Part shown: positions 37,633 through 46,461 of the stretch, one piece after another
How positions within the stretch are numbered: position 1 is the stretch's first letter
How the letters are laid out: every line of letters starts with the position of its first letter
Virus record (IMG/VR): IMGVR_UViG_3300033148_003111
Origin: an uncultured virus (IMG/VR IMGVR_UViG_3300033148_003111)
Lineage: Duplodnaviria > Heunggongvirae > Uroviricota > Caudoviricetes
Direction: 5' to 3' (one strand)
DNA: 64,000 nt
Translations under genes and position numbers: made by a program
Notes under the pieces: model-generated
Seen by the model: only the letters and a program-made list of their open reading frames with translations
What the model was told of the DNA's origin: nothing
Database searches by the model: none

Positions 37633-38376
37633 GTGATACGTTCTATTTTTGTGATGATGATCGTGTTTCCATTGTCTGCGTTCGCGCAGCCTGCGGCGGA
37701 GCAGACTTCCGCGCAGAAGGCCGACAAGGTGGTGAAATCTTCCAATGGGATGTTCGTGCGGGTGGTCGGGGCGGCGTTCGACAAGGACGCGGCGGTGACC
37801 AAGGACACGGGCGTGGGCGACGTGGTTGAAGTCCAGTCGGTCAACGGTCAGGTGTTGTGCAACGTGGTGATATACGCCACGGCGATCAACAAGAGCGAGT
37901 TCTACAAGGATAAGGACGGCGAGCCGGTGGAGATGGTGGGCACGATGCCGAATGTTCCTGAGCTTGACTTCGCGGAAGGCGTTCGGGGCTGCTACATGAT
38001 GCCGGGGTCGTGTAAGGCCGGGATATGTGCGTGGAACGTGTTGCTGAGAGGCGCAGAGTGTCGCAAGGTGGGGTCGCTTCCGTATTACGTGGCATCAACC
38101 ATCAAGGAGATATGGGACATGCCCAGCGCACGCGCAAGGCTTCTGGTGACGGACGGCATGTGTGGCGAGGACAATAACATTCCCTGCACGGTTTCATTAG
38201 GCGACCCGAGGGCGATTCCGAATCGCAAGATACGGTTCAACCACTCGTGGGCAGGGAGGTGGAGCGACCTGAACTTCCGGCAGATGCGGAACGGAAAGTA
38301 TCTGGAGCGGGTGAGGCCGGATAAGTTGGGTGTGGACGGCAAGGCGATCATGAAGGGCATCGGCGGACCCAAATAG
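37633..38376 (+). CDS. exported Cys-containing hypothetical protein
   Basis: Signal peptide ending AFA; GGAGGT SD. Confidence 0.65.
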   Translation: MIRSIFVMMIVFPLSAFAQPAAEQTSAQKADKVVKSSNGMFVRVVGAAFDKDAAVTKDTGVGDVVEVQSVNGQVLCNVVIYATAINKSEFYKDKDGEPVEMVGTMPNVPELDFAEGVRGCYMMPGSCKAGICAWNVLLRGAECRKVGSLPYYVASTIKEIWDMPSARARLLVTDGMCGEDNNIPCTVSLGDPRAIPNRKIRFNHSWAGRWSDLNFRQMRNGKYLERVRPDKLGVDGKAIMKGIGGPK

Positions 38377-38386
38377 GAGATTCCAC

Positions 38387-40882
38387 ATGACTGATTGGCA
38401 CAATCGCGACGAGATGAAGTTGGGCGTCGGTGTGGTGGCGTTTATGATCATCATGTTGACTGCGGTGTTGGTGTTCGCCGGTGGACTCCAGGCATCGTTC
38501 GAGAACAGCCGGTTTTCGGGGATGACACGCCATTCGACCGTGGCCGAGTACTGGGGTGTGGTGGATGGGTCAAACAACCTGATTGATATGAGTGGCGAGA
38601 ATCTGTTGACCGACCGGACGGAGTTCGATGACTGGATACAATTTGGAACATGTACGGTCACTGCTGATCAATTGAAGAATCCGGTTGATGGTGTTGTAGA
38701 TGCAGATCTATTGGATAACACTGGAGGGGCGAATACTAATTGTAGGTATATAGACACTGCTGCTCTTGGCGCATTGGCTGGTAGAACATTCACTTCATCT
38801 ATGTGGATACGAGCTGATTATATACATACCGTCACACTGCAAATCAACGAAGTAGGCGTTGGAGTGATGGTTACCGATACTGTTGTTGTAACAACTAAGT
38901 GGAAGAGATATTGGATTACCGGCACCGCTTCTGGTGGTGGAGGTGGAACACTCCGCGCCTATGCCTATCCGGGCGAAAATGGTGTCTCAACTGGAAAAGC
39001 GTATTTCTATGGTGCCCAGCTTGTAGAGAACGATGAGTGGCGCACTGGAATGGGCGTCTTCCTGAATCCCTCAGACCAGTCGATCACGAAACCAGATCAC
39101 GATCTTGCACATACTAATAATCCGACAACTGCAAAGGTGCATTTCCAGCACGGCGGGAACAAGTTGGAGGCGAGAGGATTTGTCGCCGCTTCAAACCAAA
39201 GATACACCAAGGCAGACCATGCTTCTTTCAATGTGTTCGATCAGGATCACACGATAACAATGTTAGTCAAGGCCAACGCTGATGGTGCCGACTATGCTGC
39301 ATTTGCACATGGATCGTGGAATTTTGATGGAATATATGTTTATGTAGCTACGGCATCGGATAATTTTACGGTAAGATATTTTAACAACGGCGGAAGTGTA
39401 GCGCCATTTAATGCCATCGATCCAAGTGATCTTCTTTATCACGTCGTCCAAGTGGTGAGAGATAATAATACTGCTACGGTTTATGTAGATGGAGTTGCTG
39501 GCACCGGAGTAGATGTGACCGGTTATGGGATTGATGCTGTTAGAAATTTAGCTATCGGAGCAACGTCTGGGGGAGGAAGTGACTTAACTGGTGATGTCTC
39601 TTATACACGTCTCGACGCCGAGGCACTTTCTACCGACGATCTAGCTTCTGACCGAGAAAAACTTCTGGGGATCGCAACCAACTGGTCCGATGTGAACGCA
39701 TGGGACTTCGAACGGAGCACCACGGCTTATAAGACGTTCAGCAATCAATATGAGAGCATGTATCCCTCACACAGCATGGATCTGATTGCGGTAGACACTC
39801 CGCGTGTGGCTGGGCAGGGTGGTGGATTGTTGATCGAAGGGGAAGTTACTCAGTTACATGGTTTCACGGAAGTGTTTGGTAGTTGGATACAGAGTGGAAC
39901 CTGTGCAGTTACAGCAGATAATTATGTTGCACCTAATGGCACCACAACTGCTGATCTGTTGGATAATACGGGCGGCGCTAATATAGACAGACGGGTTATC
40001 ACTACGGTTAATTTGGGCGATTTGACAGGTCGAACATTTACAGCATCGCTTTGGCTTAGGACGGATACACCACATATTGCATCTTATTATGTCTGGGAAA
40101 GTGGTGTTGGTCATGTTACGGGGGTGCAGGATGTATTTGTGACGGCGGAATGGAACCGATTTGCGGCGTCTGGATCGTGTACTGGAGGCGGGACGGGCAC
40201 GCTTGCTTTTTCGATTACTCCTGGTGAGTATGGCGTCGCACAAGATATTGTACATGTTTGGGGTGCGAACTTAACAGAGACACCTTTTGTTACAAGTTAT
40301 ATTCCGAATTCAGGTGCGGCCACTTCTCAGGTCACCCGCGCCGCCGATGTCATGACGCTCGATCCGCATCCGGCTGGGACGAATGAATACATTTTACCCG
40401 AGGAGTTCTGTGATACCTGTATAGCGTCGAAACTGACGATCTATGGTGAGTTCCGCTGTGCTTGGAGCAGCAGCGCGGATATAGGCGTTACAACTCGGAA
40501 GCTGGTGGATATCTCTGGAAATACCGGGGCATCCACAGCTACGAGAAACAGGGTTTTCTTTCAATTCCAGAACAACGGTCGCATGTATGCGTTTTTCAGA
40601 GATGATGCGGATACGGATCACTATGCCTACACAGCGGTAAATCCAATAGACTTCTCTGATTGGTTTAGTCTTCGTTTTGTGGTAGATATGGCAAACTTGT
40701 CAAGGATGGAATTTTATTTGAACGAGGATTCTTTTGGTAGCACGTATGTGAACAACAACGGGACGGCGACTTGGGACACCACCGATAATTTGATAAGGAT
40801 AGGACAGCAGTACAATGGAACTGTGGATGGCTTTTGCCACGTCCGTAATTTAAGAATTGTTTCCGCCGAGGTGAGACCATGA
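38387..40882 (+). CDS. multidomain receptor-binding protein (two CBM-like spike repeats + LamG domains)
   Basis: N-terminal TM; duplicated WIQxGTCxVTAD...ADLLDNTGGAN...GRTFT repeat; GLLIEG and TSYIP...TRAAD motifs. Confidence 0.8.
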   Translation: MTDWHNRDEMKLGVGVVAFMIIMLTAVLVFAGGLQASFENSRFSGMTRHSTVAEYWGVVDGSNNLIDMSGENLLTDRTEFDDWIQFGTCTVTADQLKNPVDGVVDADLLDNTGGANTNCRYIDTAALGALAGRTFTSSMWIRADYIHTVTLQINEVGVGVMVTDTVVVTTKWKRYWITGTASGGGGGTLRAYAYPGENGVSTGKAYFYGAQLVENDEWRTGMGVFLNPSDQSITKPDHDLAHTNNPTTAKVHFQHGGNKLEARGFVAASNQRYTKADHASFNVFDQDHTITMLVKANADGADYAAFAHGSWNFDGIYVYVATASDNFTVRYFNNGGSVAPFNAIDPSDLLYHVVQVVRDNNTATVYVDGVAGTGVDVTGYGIDAVRNLAIGATSGGGSDLTGDVSYTRLDAEALSTDDLASDREKLLGIATNWSDVNAWDFERSTTAYKTFSNQYESMYPSHSMDLIAVDTPRVAGQGGGLLIEGEVTQLHGFTEVFGSWIQSGTCAVTADNYVAPNGTTTADLLDNTGGANIDRRVITTVNLGDLTGRTFTASLWLRTDTPHIASYYVWESGVGHVTGVQDVFVTAEWNRFAASGSCTGGGTGTLAFSITPGEYGVAQDIVHVWGANLTETPFVTSYIPNSGAATSQVTRAADVMTLDPHPAGTNEYILPEEFCDTCIASKLTIYGEFRCAWSSSADIGVTTRKLVDISGNTGASTATRNRVFFQFQNNGRMYAFFRDDADTDHYAYTAVNPIDFSDWFSLRFVVDMANLSRMEFYLNEDSFGSTYVNNNGTATWDTTDNLIRIGQQYNGTVDGFCHVRNLRIVSAEVRP

Positions 40883-43620
40883 CAAAGCGACGAGTAATCA
40901 CTCTGGTCGTCTTGGCGATCTCCGTCGGCCTGTTGCTACCTATTGTGCAGGTCAAGTCCCAGCCTTCCAGTAGTGGCGACTATGGCGCAGCATTTTTCTA
41001 CCGATCAGATATCTGGCCGAGGGACGGTTTGGTGGAGCATTGGACATTCGACTCCGGCGTCCAGGGAGACGTGCGGAATGGTGAGGGCGACTTCGAGACA
41101 TGGACGGGCACCGAGGGTGGCTGCACGGACTGTCCTGCCGGTTGGAACTGCGACTGTACAAGCTGGGGTGGTGAGATCGATCAGGAGACGACATATATCT
41201 ACAGTTTGGATTCGTCAGCAAAGTTAACTGCCAGCGGGTTGTTGCATTCCCTCATTTACTACACGGAGAGTCTTGCGGCAAACACTGCTTACCAGGTGGA
41301 TTTCTGTTACATGGGAGATGCGGGAACTGAGGATTTGTTGTTCGTAATTACCAACGGGGCGATGAACGACTCATACAACTTCGCCATCGACACGTGGACC
41401 GCTCCCGCGACTTGGTTGTCCATTGCCAATGTCGGTACGACTTGGAGTTGTGTAACTGCGTATGTCGTCACCGGGGTAGCGGCCAAGGCTTCTTATTTGT
41501 GGGGATTCGCGGCCGAGACTACCGATGGAAACCACTTTTACGTCGATCATGTGCGCGTGCAAAAATTGAACGCGGTGGATATCACTGGTGATCGCGGAAA
41601 TGTTTTATCGATTCCGGTAACGAGCGATCCGCAATGGGGACATTCCCAAATTTTACAAGCAAGGACCGGAACCGGACCGGCCTATAAAACCGGGATGCAT
41701 ATGGATGGAGTGGATGATTATTTGTTCTGTTCGGATTCGGATTGCGACATGGACCCGGTAAATTGGGCTGGAGGAGGATATTTTAGTGTCGGGTGTCGAG
41801 TGATGACGAATACGGTTGCGGCGGGAACTGACTACATAATAACTAAATGGAATGCTGGTGGGAATCAGAGGAGTTGGGTTATATATCGTCAGGGTGCAAA
41901 TATTGCCATTACTATATCTGATGACGGAATAAATACCGATGCAAACTTAGCCGCAATGTTTACTGCCGATGTATTGCATAGCTTTGTGAGTACATATGAT
42001 CCATCTGGTGGTTCTGGAGCTTGTGAGAGTAATCTGTATTATAATGCATCTCAAGTAGACGCTGACGCGACAATGACAGAATGTGTTCCTTTTAATTCTA
42101 CCGCCGATTTGCAAATAGGTGCAACAGTAGGCAGTTCTACATGGTCCGGTTCCATCCTCGAATGTTCGCTCTGGGAAAAAGAACTCACCGCAGTAGAGGC
42201 AAATAAATATATATCCCCCTATTTCCCCGGTACAAACTACAACGATGGCTTCTATGTAGACACCTGTTCGCAGACAGCTAGCCATGCCACTTGCTCCATT
42301 CAGGCCTGTAGGGACGGCACTCCCAAGGTATGTCAGGCCGAGGGAACCGGAGTGATGGCAATCTTTGATCAAGCAAGCAACTTGCCTGAAAACAATTCGT
42401 TTGAAGCAAATAGTGGGACGGACGATACGCCCGATTTCGATGACTGGCAGGAGTTGGGAACCGGCTCTGGTGATGTCAATTGTCCGGGTAGTTTGACCGC
42501 TTATCATGCAGACAAAGTGCATGGTGATAGTTCGATGAGAATGAAACTGAGATCAATCTTCATGGACCCGGCCAACAGGTTTTTGGGTGGGACTGTGAAA
42601 GATTATCCTACTTGCAGCACATATGTATGGGTTGCATCAGAGTGTTTGAACACTTCGAAAAACGATACCACGTTCTCAATGAAAATAAAAGCGCTGTCAG
42701 ATACAATTGCCACTACCAGTAATTTGAACGGTTTTTATGTCTATGTGGCTCAGTATACGGCGGGATGTGCGTCTAAATTACAAGATAACTTCTTCGAATA
42801 CGATCCGAAGAAAGGTGATTGGGAAGATTTCATTTTTACCTTAGAATCTTCCGATTGGAATGCGAGTGCTGCGGCGTACTACCTGTCAATAGTTGCAAAC
42901 TCGGGGTGGAATATTGACATTCTCGTGGATGATGTCCAGATCACAGAAACTCCCTACAAGGTGCCGTGGGCGCATGTACCTGCGGGTGGTGGCGTCGTCA
43001 CTTATAATAATCGCCAATATGAATTGCACAATCCCCTATCGGATTACTGCGAGAGTGAGGGCGATGATTGTTATGCTAGCGGGTTCTGCGCGAGTGCGTG
43101 GGTGTACACGGATTGGGCTGGAGACGACGGGGTTGGTAGAAGAATTTTGTTTGTTCCGGGAACTGCTGGTAATAATAATCGATGGGATATAAGAAAAGAC
43201 GCCGCAAATAATCTACAATTTTATTTTTACGATAATGCAGCAGCAATCAGAAATTATGGTGTTGCAGTTACCGGAGTAAACTGGACTGCTGGTGATTGGA
43301 AATATGTCGAGGTATGTAGCAATAATTCTGACAATGTTCTTTTGGGTCATCACTATAATGTGGGCAATTCCACTTGGTACACTTGGTCAAATGCTGCTGG
43401 TGCAGGAACAGGCATTCAAAACGGACAAAGTGTTGAACTTCATGTTGGTCATCAAAGCAATGCTAGTTATCTCGACGGCTACATATCTGAGATTCATATC
43501 TCGCCCTACAGTGATATTTATCCCAATAAGGGATTCAACAACGGTGTTCCTCCGGTGAACAAGCATCCCTATGCTGGGTATATCTGTCCGTGGACGGAGC
43601 ATGTGGAGATAATCCCGTAA
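40879..43620 (+). CDS. multidomain receptor-binding protein (CBM4/9-like + LamG), Cys-rich
   Basis: Signal peptide; GLVEHWTFD, NGEGDFE, DGVDDY, WSGSILECSLWEKEL, YLDGYISEIHIS. Confidence 0.8.
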   Translation: MTKRRVITLVVLAISVGLLLPIVQVKSQPSSSGDYGAAFFYRSDIWPRDGLVEHWTFDSGVQGDVRNGEGDFETWTGTEGGCTDCPAGWNCDCTSWGGEIDQETTYIYSLDSSAKLTASGLLHSLIYYTESLAANTAYQVDFCYMGDAGTEDLLFVITNGAMNDSYNFAIDTWTAPATWLSIANVGTTWSCVTAYVVTGVAAKASYLWGFAAETTDGNHFYVDHVRVQKLNAVDITGDRGNVLSIPVTSDPQWGHSQILQARTGTGPAYKTGMHMDGVDDYLFCSDSDCDMDPVNWAGGGYFSVGCRVMTNTVAAGTDYIITKWNAGGNQRSWVIYRQGANIAITISDDGINTDANLAAMFTADVLHSFVSTYDPSGGSGACESNLYYNASQVDADATMTECVPFNSTADLQIGATVGSSTWSGSILECSLWEKELTAVEANKYISPYFPGTNYNDGFYVDTCSQTASHATCSIQACRDGTPKVCQAEGTGVMAIFDQASNLPENNSFEANSGTDDTPDFDDWQELGTGSGDVNCPGSLTAYHADKVHGDSSMRMKLRSIFMDPANRFLGGTVKDYPTCSTYVWVASECLNTSKNDTTFSMKIKALSDTIATTSNLNGFYVYVAQYTAGCASKLQDNFFEYDPKKGDWEDFIFTLESSDWNASAAAYYLSIVANSGWNIDILVDDVQITETPYKVPWAHVPAGGGVVTYNNRQYELHNPLSDYCESEGDDCYASGFCASAWVYTDWAGDDGVGRRILFVPGTAGNNNRWDIRKDAANNLQFYFYDNAAAIRNYGVAVTGVNWTAGDWKYVEVCSNNSDNVLLGHHYNVGNSTWYTWSNAAGAGTGIQNGQSVELHVGHQSNASYLDGYISEIHISPYSDIYPNKGFNNGVPPVNKHPYAGYICPWTEHVEIIP

Positions 43621-43745
43621 ATGGAGTTCATACTAATGATAGAGATAAATATACCAGAGGTAATAATGGATCTTATTAATTGGCTAAAGATGAATGCAGA
43701 TGAGTTGGACAGAATCTATTCATATAAATGAATGAGGTAAATTAC

Positions 43746-43773
43746 TTGACGAATCTTGGTTATGATAGATAAT
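43746..43773 (+). promoter_or_regulatory. sigma70-type promoter
   Basis: TTGACG-N16-GATAAT. Confidence 0.45.
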
Positions 43774-43790
43774 AAAAGAAAGAGAGATAA

Positions 43791-44135
43791 ATGCCACAAG
43801 CCAATTTAACAGATGTACGTCAGGTAGATCTCGTAGTTCCGGTCGGAGATAACGAGAGTTCTACTATATCCGTCAATCATGGACTTCAAGATCAGGATGG
43901 GAATCCGATCACCCCTGATAGAATAACGGCAGAGATCTATGCCATAGATAACCCCGGCACTGCTCTTGACCCGGTAACATGGTCTTTTCTGTATGCGAGA
44001 TCAGATCCGGAAGATGGTACTTATGGTGTGCGAATATTTTTAAGTGCTATTAATGACACCGGGGAACCGATTACTTTTTCTGTAAATCTGGTAGCAGAGC
44101 GATTTCATAGCATTCAAAGCCGAAGTCATTATTAA
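43791..44135 (+). CDS. small beta-rich structural protein, MPQAN paralog 1
   Basis: MPQANLTD...HGLQDQDGN..TPD...PEDGT...HSIQS. Confidence 0.8.
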   Translation: MPQANLTDVRQVDLVVPVGDNESSTISVNHGLQDQDGNPITPDRITAEIYAIDNPGTALDPVTWSFLYARSDPEDGTYGVRIFLSAINDTGEPITFSVNLVAERFHSIQSRSHY

Positions 44136-44151
44136 TTAAAAGGAGGTAGCT

Positions 44152-44499
44152 ATGCCGCAAGCCAATTTAACAGATGTACAGAATATTAGTCTGGTTATAC
44201 CGAATGGAGATAATGAAAGCGCGGTTGTAAATGTAACCCACAACTTACAAGATCAGAATGGGAATGATTTAACTCCTGATAGAATTCACCTAGAAGTTGG
44301 CGCAATCGCATCCCCAGGTGGTGCTTTAGATCCGGTATCGTGGTCATTCATGATAGGAAGGTCGTCTCCGGAAGATGGCACATTTGCAATTAAGATTTTA
44401 CTAAGTGCCGATAATAATACTGGAGACAACATCACGTTTACCGTGAGAGTGGTTTCTGATTGGATTCACAGCATTCAAAGCGACGATCATACTCCGTAA
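44152..44499 (+). CDS. MPQAN paralog 2
   Basis: Same motifs; AAGGAGGT SD. Confidence 0.8.
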   Translation: MPQANLTDVQNISLVIPNGDNESAVVNVTHNLQDQNGNDLTPDRIHLEVGAIASPGGALDPVSWSFMIGRSSPEDGTFAIKILLSADNNTGDNITFTVRVVSDWIHSIQSDDHTP

Positions 44500-44544
44500 T
44501 TACAGACGTGACAGATGGATTTGGGGGGGGAATAGTGGGTAGTT

Positions 44545-44982
44545 ATGAACGATAAAGATAAGAAAGATATAGCTGAGATCGTAGCCTCGGTTATGACCTC
44601 AAAATCACGACTGGAACCACATGAACGGCTCATTACTGTCCGTGAGTGTGACATCAAACACGGTCAGATAATGGGTGCGCTTAAGATTCAGGCCGGTAAG
44701 ATGGAAGCGGTCCACACCGATGTTAAGGGAATGCAGGGAGAACTTTCTGAAACAACTCGCAAGATCAATGGTCATGTCTCTTGGCATGAGGGAATTAAGG
44801 AAGAGGTAACTGGTGAGCATAATCGTACTAAGATTAAGTGGACCAAGGTGAGCGCGATTGCTAAATGGATCGGAGTGGGAATTTTGATTTTGTCAACACT
44901 TGGATCTCTGGCCTGGACCGCTGCAAAAATGACATCAGTAGCCGCAAGTGTAGATGTGATGAACGACAAGAAGACCCCGTAA
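44545..44982 (+). CDS. coiled-coil + TM protein (holin-like), paralog A
   Basis: ITVRECD, WHEG, C-terminal TM. Confidence 0.7.
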   Translation: MNDKDKKDIAEIVASVMTSKSRLEPHERLITVRECDIKHGQIMGALKIQAGKMEAVHTDVKGMQGELSETTRKINGHVSWHEGIKEEVTGEHNRTKIKWTKVSAIAKWIGVGILILSTLGSLAWTAAKMTSVAASVDVMNDKKTP

Positions 44983-45048
44983 TTCACTAAAACGAAGGCT
45001 ACCAAAACCTCAAGAACACATCGGGCCGATAGGAAGTCAGGAAAATCC

Positions 45049-45076
45049 TTGACGTATATTTCTAAAACGGTACGAT
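45049..45076 (+). promoter_or_regulatory. sigma70-type promoter
   Basis: TTGACG-N16-TACGAT. Confidence 0.55.
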
Positions 45077-45095
45077 AAAAGAAAAGGAGAAAATC

Positions 45096-45431
45096 ATGCC
45101 ACAGGCTAATTTGACGGACATTCAGGAAGTGACGATCACGATACCGAACGGAGAAGAAATCGGCTACGTTGTGGTCACGCACAACCTGCAAGACCAGGAG
45201 GGAAATCACCTCACACCCGATACCATCATACCGGAATGGACAGATTTCACAGGAAATGGTCTTGCTGCGAAGATGGGTGCATTCACGACGGTCAGATCAA
45301 CTCCCGAAGATGGAACTTACCAACTTGGGATCTCCGCTGGAGAGAACACCAGCGGAGATGATTGGGTCTTCACCGTCAGAGTAACATCCGAGTACAAGCA
45401 CAGCATCCAGAGCGACGACCACACGGCATAG
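45096..45431 (+). CDS. MPQAN paralog 3
   Basis: Same motifs; AAGGAG SD. Confidence 0.8.
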   Translation: MPQANLTDIQEVTITIPNGEEIGYVVVTHNLQDQEGNHLTPDTIIPEWTDFTGNGLAAKMGAFTTVRSTPEDGTYQLGISAGENTSGDDWVFTVRVTSEYKHSIQSDDHTA

Positions 45432-45896
45432 ATGGACGACAAAGAGAAAAAAGAGTTTGCGGAGTTGATTTCCGGCTCCGTTGCAAAAGCTGTGTCGTCT
45501 GCAATCAGCATAAAACGGCAAGATAGGACGGTTACGGCCAGGGATTGCGATCAGAAATCCGGTCAAATCCTCCAAGCCGTCCAATCTCAGGTCAAGGCGT
45601 CCGAGGCTCAGGCCGAAACGATGAACGAGATCAGGGAAGATGTGAATAACATCAAAGATGATGTCGGCCACATTAAATCCGAGCAGGGAGATCATCTTGC
45701 TTGGCATGAGGGGGTCCAGCAAGAGCGTTCCGATGCCAACATCAAGATCGGACTCAACTGGAAGAAAATCAGGGCATGGGTGGTTATCGCCTCTCTTGTA
45801 ATCGGCATTCTGGGATTAGTGAGCGGCACGACTTACGCGGTTGCAAAAATCAGCGTTCTAGCGGACGAGGTAGCAAAAAAAGTTAATGGCAAATAG
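45432..45896 (+). CDS. coiled-coil + TM protein (holin-like), paralog B
   Basis: VTARDCD, WHEG, C-terminal TM. Confidence 0.7.
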   Translation: MDDKEKKEFAELISGSVAKAVSSAISIKRQDRTVTARDCDQKSGQILQAVQSQVKASEAQAETMNEIREDVNNIKDDVGHIKSEQGDHLAWHEGVQQERSDANIKIGLNWKKIRAWVVIASLVIGILGLVSGTTYAVAKISVLADEVAKKVNGK

Positions 45897-45905
45897 GAGG
45901 ATACG

Positions 45906-46244
45906 ATGGCCGAAGAAAAAGTCATAGCACTACTTCTGGAGCAGAATCACTTTTTTCTCATCATCGGAATTTTCGCACTCATTTACCTCTTGAGAGCCAT
46001 CACGCCGCTTGCGGAAATCCTTTTCTCCGACAAGTGGAAGTGGCTCATCCCGATTGTCAACATAGCGCTTTCCGCAGTCGGAATCTTTATTCTCGGATTG
46101 ACGAACGCGAAGACCACATCTATGAAGGTCATCATCATGCTCATCATTTCGGCTTTTACAGCCTATTCCTACCATCTAGTCAAGCCGGTTTTGAAGAGAA
46201 TTCAAAAAAAGTTCTTCAAAATCGCAGACAATACCGATGGTTAG
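45906..46244 (+). CDS. 3-TM holin-like protein
   Basis: Three hydrophobic helices and a basic C-terminus. Confidence 0.65.
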   Translation: MAEEKVIALLLEQNHFFLIIGIFALIYLLRAITPLAEILFSDKWKWLIPIVNIALSAVGIFILGLTNAKTTSMKVIIMLIISAFTAYSYHLVKPVLKRIQKKFFKIADNTDG

Positions 46245-46272
46245 ATATGGAGGTGAAAAACCAAGAAAATTC

Positions 46273-46300
46273 TTGACTGATGCCGCCATACCCATACAAT
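46273..46300 (+). promoter_or_regulatory. sigma70-type promoter of the core/capsid operon
   Basis: TTGACT-N16-TACAAT. Confidence 0.65.
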
Positions 46301-46335
46301 CGTAGATGTAGCAGAAAGCTCTTAGAAAATCGGGA

Positions 46336-46443
46336 ATATCTGGTCGGGCCGATCACCCGGTAAAGTGGCTCCTTACCACGCCAGATGTAAAGGCCAAACT
46401 TGAAGGGAGTTTGCGAAAGCAGATTCCCTTTTTTTTTGGCCTT
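46336..46443 (+). ncRNA. structured leader: three-way junction plus GAAA-capped terminator-like hairpin
   Basis: ATCTGG/CCAGAT closes two hairpins; then AAGGGAGTTTGC-GAAA-GCAGATTCCCTT and a T run. Confidence 0.5.
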
Positions 46444-46461
46444 GCCTGATAAGGAGGAAAG

